This document shows positions 43,199 through 50,675 of a stretch of DNA of 64,000 nt, piece by piece. Origin of the DNA: an uncultured Holdemanella sp. (GTDB lineage: Bacteria > Bacillota_I > Bacilli_A > Erysipelotrichales > Erysipelotrichaceae); contig NZ_CAKVMR010000003.1 in NCBI RefSeq assembly GCF_934772795.1, positions 831 to 64,830 of the forward strand. Reading direction: 5' to 3'. Each line of letters starts with the position of its first letter. Position 1 is the first letter of the stretch. The translations under genes and the position numbers were made by a program. Below the pieces are notes generated by a model, which saw only the letters and a list, made by a program, of their open reading frames with translations, had not been told where the DNA came from and did no database searches.

Positions 43199-44277
43199 TG
43201 GAAACAAATTTTGATGCGATCAAGTTAGCAGTTGAAGCAGCAACTGGCGGAAAAAATACAGTCTTATTTGATGATTTAGGAAATCCGTCAATCATGGTAA
43301 GAATTCCTAAATTTAAAATTTCAGATGTAATTCAAGGTGGTTCTAATTCCGTCCATCCAGCTTTTATTGTCAATGGTGTAGAAAAAGATGAGATTTTTAT
43401 TAGCAAGTACCAAAATATCGTAGTGAATGATCGAGCATATTCTTTACCAATGCAAGATCCAAAAGTTTATGTTGATTTTGATACAGCAAGAAAAGCTTGT
43501 GAAAACAAAGGTAAAGGATGGCACTTAATGACGAACGCAGAATGGGCTGCAATTGCATTGTGGTGTAAAAAGAACGGATACTTCCCAAGAGGGAATAACA
43601 ATTACGGAAGCGATGTATCATATCCGCATGAAAAAGGTGTTGAAACCTATAAATATGATGGAAAAACTGGAAGAACTGGAACAGGTTCAGGCCCAGTTAC
43701 ATGGGCACACGATGGTAGCAATTCAGGTATCTTTGACTTGAACGGAAATGTATGGGAATGGGTTGGAGGACTTCGCTTAGTCGATGGTGAAATCCAAGTA
43801 ATTGCTGATAATAATGCAGCATGTGATGCAGATATGAGTGCAAATTCTAGCCATTGGAAAGCGATTGATAAGAGTGGAAACTTAGTTGCTCCAAAATCTG
43901 CTAATACATTAAAGCTTGACTATACAGTAGATCCAGGCACTGTAAATACAGGAAAAGGAGTTCCTAAATTAGTAACTGCTCTAGCACATCAACAAACTAC
44001 TGATGATCCATATGCAGCAGGACAATTTGAAGATATGACAGCAGATGGAAGCATTACTCCGCCTGAAATCTTAAAGGCTTTAGCAATTTATCCTGATGGA
44101 ACAAAAGCAAATCATGGTGATTATATCTATATGAGAAATAAGGGAGAGCGTTTGCCTTTTCGTGGTGGCGGCTTCAATAATTCTAGCAATGCAGGCGTGT
44201 TCGCTTTGACTTTGAGCAACCCACGCTCCTCTTCGTATCACAATGTAGGTTTTCGCTCCGCTTTTGTCGGTCAGTAA
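43198..44277 (+). CDS. DGR target protein; FGE-sulfatase/C-type-lectin fold, putative receptor-binding tail protein
   Basis: ISKYQ, GWHLMTNAEWAAIA, GIFDLNGNVWEW, C-terminal RGG...GFRSA containing the VR. Confidence 0.9.
   Translation: METNFDAIKLAVEAATGGKNTVLFDDLGNPSIMVRIPKFKISDVIQGGSNSVHPAFIVNGVEKDEIFISKYQNIVVNDRAYSLPMQDPKVYVDFDTARKACENKGKGWHLMTNAEWAAIALWCKKNGYFPRGNNNYGSDVSYPHEKGVETYKYDGKTGRTGTGSGPVTWAHDGSNSGIFDLNGNVWEWVGGLRLVDGEIQVIADNNAACDADMSANSSHWKAIDKSGNLVAPKSANTLKLDYTVDPGTVNTGKGVPKLVTALAHQQTTDDPYAAGQFEDMTADGSITPPEILKALAIYPDGTKANHGDYIYMRNKGERLPFRGGGFNNSSNAGVFALTLSNPRSSSYHNVGFRSAFVGQ
44147..44262 (+). repeat. DGR variable region (VR)
   Basis: Colinear, gap-free homolog of 44970-45085 and 45123-45234 at the 3' end of the target gene. 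Confidence 0.92.
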
Positions 44278-44299
44278 TTTTGGTATCAGTGTTCTGTTT

Positions 44300-44317
44300 T
44301 TGCCACGTAAGTGGCAA
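44300..44317 (+). promoter_or_regulatory. hairpin/cruciform downstream of VR (putative DGR target-recognition element)
   Basis: TTGCCAC-GTAA-GTGGCAA, 7-bp stem with 4-nt loop, 22 nt after the target stop. Confidence 0.7.
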
Positions 44318-44321
44318 TCAT

Positions 44322-44358
44322 TCCCACCAGCGATTAAGCTGGTGGGATTATTTTTTTT
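44322..44358 (+). terminator. intrinsic terminator after DGR target gene
   Basis: TCCCACCAGC-gattaa-GCTGGTGGGA followed by TTATTTTTTTT. Confidence 0.8.
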
Positions 44359-44405
44359 ATTGTGTATATTCTTACACATGTTATAATTTACCAGAGGTGG
44401 TAACA

Positions 44406-44906
44406 ATGGATAATCAATTAGGTTCGTATGAAACGCAGCTGATCATACAGCAGGAGGTTTATGATATGTTGCTATATGCCTATCCATTGTTGGATCATTT
44501 TCCAAAGAGTCAAAAATTTTCTTTAGTTCAAGATATTAAAAAAAAGATGGATTCAGTTCTTGAATATGCTATTGCTGCTAATAAAAAATACGCTAAGACT
44601 ACAACACTCGAAAAAATGGATGTAGAACTAGCTGTATTAAAGGTTTATGTAAGATTAGCATTTGACTTGAAATATTTTAAAGGCGAAAACCACTATATGG
44701 AAATGTCTAGAAGATTAGATAAAGTCGGCAAGATGTTAGGTGGTTGGATTAAGGCTGAAAAAGAAAAATCAGGAAATAAAGCTGTTGATAAACCATATGT
44801 TTGTGAGAAATGTGGCACAAGAATAACTCCTAAGTCTTATGAATATTCAATGAAAAATTTTGGTAAATCTCTTTGTTATACATGTCAAAAAAGTCATAAG
44901 GTTTAG
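44406..44906 (+). CDS. avd: DGR accessory variability determinant with C-terminal zinc ribbon
   Basis: YDMLLYAYPLLDHFPKSQKFSL..DIKK...VGKMLGGWIK four-helix signature; start ATG after GAGGTGG. Confidence 0.88.
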   Translation: MDNQLGSYETQLIIQQEVYDMLLYAYPLLDHFPKSQKFSLVQDIKKKMDSVLEYAIAANKKYAKTTTLEKMDVELAVLKVYVRLAFDLKYFKGENHYMEMSRRLDKVGKMLGGWIKAEKEKSGNKAVDKPYVCEKCGTRITPKSYEYSMKNFGKSLCYTCQKSHKV

Positions 44907-44969
44907 ATGAATTGTGAGCCCTTTTTCGCTCCACTCTATTCTTTTATGCTATTTTGGGATTAGGCTATT

Positions 44970-45085
44970 AGCGTTTGCCTTTTCGTGGTGGCGGCTTCAA
45001 TAATTCTAGCAATGCAGGCGTGTTCGCTTTGAATTTGAACAACCCACGCTCCATCTCTGACGATAATAGAGGTTTTCGCTCCGCT
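44970..45085 (+). ncRNA. DGR template repeat TR1
   Basis: Non-coding, between avd and RT; matches VR 44147-44229 except two A positions. Confidence 0.85.
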
Positions 45086-45122
45086 CTAACCCTATAAAGA
45101 GTAATGGGATTGGACTATATGA

Positions 45123-45234
45123 TTTGCCTTTTCGTGGTGGCAATTGGAATAATGGTGGCAATGCAGGCGTGTTCGCTGTCTACTTGAATGACCCACGCTC
45201 CAATTCGAATCACAATGTAGGTTTTCGCTCCGCT
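45123..45234 (+). ncRNA. DGR template repeat TR2
   Basis: AAT-rich; matches VR 44219-44262 except three A positions; followed by spacer to RT. Confidence 0.87.
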
Positions 45235-45398
45235 CTGCTCTTGTAATTAGGTATATGATGGATACGTCTGTCATTTCAAATCAAGGGAATAAAGGAGTCT
45301 AATTCCATGCTGAATAAGCAAAAAAATTAAATAAAGATGAAAACCGATAGTAATGTTAAATGAACTCCGTTAAGCATCTTAAAAATTAGGTGATGATC

Positions 45399-46553
45399 AT
45401 GGCGAAAATAAAGAATGTATATGACTATATCGTTAGTGATGAAAACATATACAAGGCTTATTTAAACGCTCGTAAAAACAAAAGATATAGAAAAGATGTA
45501 CTCATATTTACCCAAAATCTAGAAGCAAATCTAGTTAAGATTCAAAATGAATTAAGAAGTGAAGTTGCTGATTATCCTAAATATAAAGAGTTCTATATTT
45601 ACGAACCAAAGTGTCGTTTGATCCTTGCTCAAGACTTTCCTGAAGTGATAAAACAGTGGGCGTTTTATCAAGTTTTAAGCCCTATGTTTACTAGGATGTA
45701 CATCAAGGATTCCTATGCTTGCATCAAAGGAAAAGGACAAATTGCAGCAGTTAAAAGACTTCATTATTGGCTTAAATTAGTCAATAGCACAAGATACAAT
45801 AAGCTGAAACACGGTTTAGATGTATCCGATCTAAACAAGTGGTATTACTTGAAAATAGACTTTAGCAAATACTTTTATAGAGTAGATCATAAAGTCATGA
45901 TTGATGTATTGAAGAAGAAAATTAAGGATAATCGTGTTGTTAGATGGCTTGCAACCCGCATAGAAAGCCCTGATATGCCTTTTGGTTTGCCTAGAGGCAT
46001 GCGTCCTGAAGATGTTGAAATGAGCGAACGTTTATATGATAAAGGAATGCCAGTGGGCGCTTTGATTTCACAGATGTTAGCGAATGTTTATAATGATCAG
46101 ATAGATCAATATGCTAAAAGGACATTAGGAATCAAGTGTTATATACGCTATCAGGATGATATTGTGGTGCTTTCTGATGATAAGAAACAAATAAAAGAAT
46201 GGCATCAAAAACTAGAAAAGTTCGCAAATAATGTCATGAAAATGGAAATGAACCAAAAGACCTGTATTAGACCAATCAATCAAGGAATAGAATTTTGTGG
46301 TTTTCGCTTATGGGCTACACATATAAAAATAAGGAAGAGCACATCCTTGAGAATTAAAAGGAACTTAAAAGGCGTGATGAAACGATACAATGAAGGAGAT
46401 TGCACTTTAGAACACGCTATGCAAGTAGTTAATTCATATTTTGGGCTGTTGAAACATTGTAATAGTTACGCATTAAAAACAGAAATATTTGGTGATTATG
46501 AAAAAGGAATAGATGGTTGGTTTGTACTGACTAGAAATCAAGGTAACGATTAA
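45399..46553 (+). CDS. DGR reverse transcriptase
   Basis: YEPKCRLI, DSYACIKGKG, YYLKIDFSKYF, GMPVGALISQ..AN, YIRYQDD, IEFCGF; avd/TR context. Confidence 0.93.
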   Translation: MAKIKNVYDYIVSDENIYKAYLNARKNKRYRKDVLIFTQNLEANLVKIQNELRSEVADYPKYKEFYIYEPKCRLILAQDFPEVIKQWAFYQVLSPMFTRMYIKDSYACIKGKGQIAAVKRLHYWLKLVNSTRYNKLKHGLDVSDLNKWYYLKIDFSKYFYRVDHKVMIDVLKKKIKDNRVVRWLATRIESPDMPFGLPRGMRPEDVEMSERLYDKGMPVGALISQMLANVYNDQIDQYAKRTLGIKCYIRYQDDIVVLSDDKKQIKEWHQKLEKFANNVMKMEMNQKTCIRPINQGIEFCGFRLWATHIKIRKSTSLRIKRNLKGVMKRYNEGDCTLEHAMQVVNSYFGLLKHCNSYALKTEIFGDYEKGIDGWFVLTRNQGND

Positions 46554-46643
46554 TTTCGTTACCTTTTAATTATGTTTTAAAGTTCTTTATTTTTCGACTT
46601 TATTTATTTTTTATAGAATGAGCGATGAAAGGAGGAATATGTA

Positions 46644-47015
46644 ATGGATATTTCGAAAACAACATCATTACTATTATTATTGATCGTTTTTGCGGTGTTG
46701 ATTCAATTTATCGTTGAACGCTTAAAAGTAGTCTTAGGTAATAAGGTAATGAAGTATCTACCAGCGGATGTGTTGGCTGCATTATTAGGCGTTTTGTTTG
46801 CGTTTATGTTTAGTATCGATGTATTTAAATACTTCGATATGAATGAAACAATTCCATATGTAGGCAATATCATTTCAGGTTTGATTATTTCAGCGGGAGC
46901 ACCTGCTATTCATGAGTTTATTGCTAATATTCGTGAACAAAGAAAGTTGCTTCAAGATTCTATCTCTACTGGAGTGGAATTATTAGAAAAATCAGGAGGT
47001 GAAGAAAATGAATGA
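46644..47015 (+). CDS. putative holin
   Basis: Three hydrophobic segments, upstream of endolysin. Confidence 0.75.
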   Translation: MDISKTTSLLLLLIVFAVLIQFIVERLKVVLGNKVMKYLPADVLAALLGVLFAFMFSIDVFKYFDMNETIPYVGNIISGLIISAGAPAIHEFIANIREQRKLLQDSISTGVELLEKSGGEENE

Positions 47016-47100
47016 AGATGTAAAAGATATTGTAATTACTCCAGAAATGGAAGAAGAACTTAACGCCATGGGAAAAGGTGTGGAAGGAAGTGATGAGTAA
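47008..47100 (+). CDS. small acidic peptide, 30 aa (not in ORF track)
   Basis: SD AGGAGGTG; MNEDVKDIVITPEMEEELNAMGKGVEGSDE; stop overlaps endolysin start. Confidence 0.55.
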   Translation: MNEDVKDIVITPEMEEELNAMGKGVEGSDE

Positions 47101-48077
47101 TGGATTGGAAAAACTTAAATGCTGATGTAAATAAAATCCTGAACACGCACTATACTAGTGGGCGTTCAGGACGAAAAATCAATAAAATTATCATTCATTA
47201 TAACGCAGGCGATTTAACTGTAGAAGGATGTTATTCTGTATGGCAAAACAGACCAGCTTCAGCACACTATCAAGTTGAATCTTCAGGTCGTATTGGACAG
47301 TTGGTTTGGGATAGTGATACAGCATGGCATGCAAGCAACTGGGATGCTAACTGTTCAAGTATTGGAATTGAACATGCTAATAAAGAAGGCGGATATATTA
47401 GTGAAGCATGCTTAGATGCAGGAGCTCATTTAGTTGCAGCGCTATGTAAGTATTATGGATTGGGACGTCCTCAATGGAAAGTAAATGTATTCCCTCATAA
47501 TCATTTCGCAGCTACATCTTGCCCTGGTCGTTTACAGGATGAGCAAAGAGATGCTTATATGCAAAAAGCTCAACAATGGTATGATCAAATGATGAATGGA
47601 ACTGAATCTCCATCTACACCATCTACAGGTAACAAAAAATCCAGTGAGGAAGTTGCAAGAGAGGTGGTTGCTGGTAAGTGGGGAAACGGAGCTGATCGCA
47701 AGAACCGTTTAACTAGCGCAGGTTACGATTATAATGCTATTCAATCATTAGTAAATCAAATGGTAGGAAATTCAAGCCCTGCTCCAAAGCCAACAAAAAC
47801 CATTGATCAGTTGGCAGATGAAGTCATCGCTGGTAAGTGGGGAAATGGAGCTGATCGTAAGAATCGTTTAACTAGCGCAGGTTACAATTACGATGTAGTA
47901 CAAGCAAAAGTTGATGAAAAATTATATGGTTCAAAGCCTGGTAAATCCAACGAAGCAATTGCTAAAGAGGTTATTGCTGGTAATTGGGGAAACGGAGCTG
48001 ATCGTAAGGCCCGTTTGACAGCTGCTGGGTATAACTATGATGCAATTCAAAGCATTGTAAATAGTTTGTGTAAGTAA
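47100..48077 (+). CDS. endolysin: N-acetylmuramoyl-L-alanine amidase with three Cpl-7 (CW_7) repeats
   Basis: IIIHYN, ASAHY, AWHA, SIGIEH, ATSCPG; three EV.AG.WGNGADRK.RLT.AGY repeats. Confidence 0.92.
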   Translation: MDWKNLNADVNKILNTHYTSGRSGRKINKIIIHYNAGDLTVEGCYSVWQNRPASAHYQVESSGRIGQLVWDSDTAWHASNWDANCSSIGIEHANKEGGYISEACLDAGAHLVAALCKYYGLGRPQWKVNVFPHNHFAATSCPGRLQDEQRDAYMQKAQQWYDQMMNGTESPSTPSTGNKKSSEEVAREVVAGKWGNGADRKNRLTSAGYDYNAIQSLVNQMVGNSSPAPKPTKTIDQLADEVIAGKWGNGADRKNRLTSAGYNYDVVQAKVDEKLYGSKPGKSNEAIAKEVIAGNWGNGADRKARLTAAGYNYDAIQSIVNSLCK

Positions 48078-48153
48078 TTTGTAGGATAGTAGGAAATGCT
48101 ATCCTACTCTCCTTTTCATAGCAATGCCCTTTGTGTGGAAGGAGAGATTAAAA

Positions 48154-48909
48154 ATGAATAGTTTTATACCATGGATTGGCGGTAAAAAGTTACTTAGAAA
48201 AGAGATATTAAGCAGGTTTCCTAAAGAGCAACCATCACGCTATATCGAAGTGTTTGGAGGTGCAGGATGGGTATTATTTGCAAAAGAACAATACGGTAAG
48301 CAATTAGAGGTGTATAACGATCTAAATGGTGATTTAGTTAACCTATATAGATGCGTTAAATACCACGCTCAGGAAGTCCAAAGAGAATGCGAATTCTTAT
48401 TAAATTCTAGAGAGATTTTTATTAACTATAAAGAACAAATGAATATCAATGGATTAACTGATATTCAAAGAGCAGCACGCTTTCTATATTTAATAAAGGT
48501 ATCTTTTGGGGCTGACGGAAAAACATATGGAACAAACGCTAAAAATATATCGTATTCGGTGAATATGCTTCCTGAAATCAGTAAACGTTTAAATAGAGTT
48601 GTCATAGAAAATAAAAGCTATGATAATCTTATTAAAGTATATGATAGAAACAATGCTCTGTTTTATTTAGATCCACCATATTATAAGACTGAAAAATATT
48701 ATGGTAACTTGTTTGACGAAGAAGATCATATTAAATTAAGAGATATTCTAAGAGATATAAAAGGTAGGTTTATTCTTTCCTATAATGATTGTGCATTCAT
48801 AAGAGAGTTGTATTCAGACTTTTATATAGAAGAGGTTGAAAGAAATAACAATCTTGTTAAAGATGGCGATTCTAGATATAAAGAATTGATTATAAGAAAT
48901 TACAAGTAA
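48154..48909 (+). CDS. DNA adenine methyltransferase (Dam/D12 class)
   Basis: WIGGKK, YIEVFGGAGWV, YNDLN, FYLDPPYY. Confidence 0.92.
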   Translation: MNSFIPWIGGKKLLRKEILSRFPKEQPSRYIEVFGGAGWVLFAKEQYGKQLEVYNDLNGDLVNLYRCVKYHAQEVQRECEFLLNSREIFINYKEQMNINGLTDIQRAARFLYLIKVSFGADGKTYGTNAKNISYSVNMLPEISKRLNRVVIENKSYDNLIKVYDRNNALFYLDPPYYKTEKYYGNLFDEEDHIKLRDILRDIKGRFILSYNDCAFIRELYSDFYIEEVERNNNLVKDGDSRYKELIIRNYK

Positions 48910-48989
48910 AATATCAAAATACGATATAAAATATCAATAATGTTATAGCAATGTTTGGGGTGATAAAATTCACTTAAAGGGGCGTTGCT

Positions 48990-49199
48990 ATGGCGATTAA
49001 AATATACCTGTCTGAGCTATTAGGAAATAAGAAAATGACTCAGGCAGAACTTGCTAGAAAGACTGGTATTAGACCTAACACGATTAATGAAATATATTGG
49101 GAAATGGTGGATAGAATCAGTCTAGAACATATTGAAAAAATATGCTCAGTTTTGAATTGTGAAGTGTGTGATTTAATCAAAATAAGAAACAGAAAATAA
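48990..49199 (+). CDS. small Cro/C1-type HTH protein
   Basis: MTQAELARKTGIRPNTINEIY...IEKICSVLNCEVCDL. Confidence 0.85.
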   Translation: MAIKIYLSELLGNKKMTQAELARKTGIRPNTINEIYWEMVDRISLEHIEKICSVLNCEVCDLIKIRNRK

Positions 49200-49313
49200 G
49201 CATTAAAAAAGGACATTTATTTGGCGTTTAAAAGCCGTTTAAAATGTCTTTTTTTTAAACCTATTTTTTGCATTTTATTTGCAACATTTTTGCATTTTGC
49301 GCGCAACACTACA

Positions 49314-49940
49314 ATCGATGAAAAGTGGATCTATATGAATTTAAAATCGTATATATCTAAAAATGATCGTGTTTGTATCCTTCCATTTAGCTTTTTTGAT
49401 GATACAAAAAATGAATTGGATTGGAATAAACAATATGCGCCTGGACAAGGCATATGGTATCGCTCTAATCAAGATGTGTTCTACAAGTATGGAATTGGTA
49501 AGGAACAAATTGTATGGGTCAATTACTTTAAAGATTCGATGGATGAAATGAAGAAAAAGATTTTAAATAGTTCTGTTTTGATGTTGACGGGTGGAGCTCC
49601 AGATCTGATGATGAAGCGAATTAAAGAAAAGAAATTAAAGAAGCTGATTAAAAATTATAAGGGAATTATGATTGGATATAGTGCAGGAGCCATGATTCAG
49701 CTTGATTCTTATCACATAAGTCCAGATGAGGATTATCCAGAATTTTCATATCAGACCGGTTTAGGCTGTTTATCTGGTTTTGCGATTGAACCTCATTTTA
49801 GAAGAAGTAAAGTACAGATGCAAAGTATTGAAAAGGTGAATTCTGAAAAACAAATTCCTGTGTATGGCATCTATGAAGAGGGTGGAATGATTATAGATTC
49901 AAACATTAAATGTTTCGGTAAAATAGAGAAATTTGAGTGA
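49314..49940 (+). pseudogene. 3' fragment of peptidase E (S51 / class I GATase-like) gene interrupted by prophage
   Basis: LTGGAPD and GYSAGAM nucleophile motif, IEPHF; in frame with 13707-13879. Confidence 0.85.
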
Positions 49941-50096
49941 AAAATCATAAAAAGGTACTATTTATTTGTACAAATTAATCGAAAGTTTGCACAAATTAAC
50001 AAAAAGTTAGTTTTTAATGTTAAATTCACATAGATATGGGATACTATTGATACGAGCCAAATGTGAAATGGTTAGTTAAAGGAGAAAAGTATACAT

Positions 50097-50615
50097 ATGA
50101 AGTTTTGTAAATTGATTACGGAGGTCGATTTAGAACTGCTCGAAGAGTTAGTCGATAATGGATATCCTGTGGATCGTATTGAAGAAAACGGGCAGGTTTA
50201 CTACAAAACACCAGCTATGTTATGCCAAAACTTAAAAGTGAATGATGAAGTGAGAAATTACAGTAACGGATTGATTTCAATGTCTATTGAAAATGTTCGA
50301 AAGAAAAAGGGGTTATATAGAACAGGAAATCTATTGATTGATATGGATTCTAACATTATCCAAAAGGGTAAAGAAAAGATCTTTATTCCTAAGGCAAGTT
50401 TTACCATTATTTCAACACTGATGGACGTTCCTCACAAAACAGTATCAAGATCGGCGTTGGTTTTTTACTTGGAACAGGCGTATCATCACGAAATTTTGGA
50501 TAACACTTTGACGGTTCATATCGCCTCAATTCGTCGCCTTTTGGGTGATGAATACATCAAAACCCATAAAACTGTTGGCTATTTTTGGGATTTTGATGTT
50601 TTTAAAGTGGGATAA
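50097..50615 (+). CDS. OmpR/PhoB-type winged-helix DNA-binding protein lacking a canonical receiver domain
   Basis: VSRSAL, DNTLTVHIASIRRLLG..YIKTHKTVGY. Confidence 0.75.
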   Translation: MKFCKLITEVDLELLEELVDNGYPVDRIEENGQVYYKTPAMLCQNLKVNDEVRNYSNGLISMSIENVRKKKGLYRTGNLLIDMDSNIIQKGKEKIFIPKASFTIISTLMDVPHKTVSRSALVFYLEQAYHHEILDNTLTVHIASIRRLLGDEYIKTHKTVGYFWDFDVFKVG

Positions 50616-50675
50616 AGTTGAAAAATGGCTTGAAATAAAGGTATAATGTAAAAGTGTTGGAAGGAGATTTAGATT

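Larger units (their letters stand above)
13880..49313 (+). mobile_element. Mu-like transposable prophage, 35,434 bp, apparently complete
   Basis: Starts TGTGAG, ends CTACA; flanked by direct repeat ATCGA (13875-13879 and 49314-49318); contains MuA/MuB, Mor, gp27-like, head, contractile tail and lysis genes. Confidence 0.95.

Noticed and set aside
44280..44405. N-terminal extension of Avd in the ORF track
   Set aside because: It spans the VR hairpin, terminator and promoter; an SD precedes ATG 44406.
44147..45234. CRISPR-like array interpretation of the three repeats
   Set aside because: Repeats exceed 110 nt, lack unique spacers of regular size, and there are no cas genes; a DGR explains them.
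44970..45246. TR1 or TR2 as the VR of a second small target gene
   Set aside because: No start/SD or upstream coding body is evident. Both lie in the avd-RT interval with shared leaders and TR-type 3' ends, and they differ from each other at many non-A positions.
45399..46553. Group II intron or retron RT
   Set aside because: The avd, TR/VR and CLec-type target context identifies a DGR; no intron boundaries or msr/msd were seen.
47640..48065. DNA repeats in the endolysin gene as possible second DGR or recombination cassettes
   Set aside because: They encode ordinary Cpl-7 cell-wall-binding repeats and have no similarity to the TRs.
49221..49313. Phage right end supplying a new in-frame N-terminus to the broken peptidase gene
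   Set aside because: The TTG start lacks an SD and lies within a terminator-like hairpin; the open frame is probably chance.
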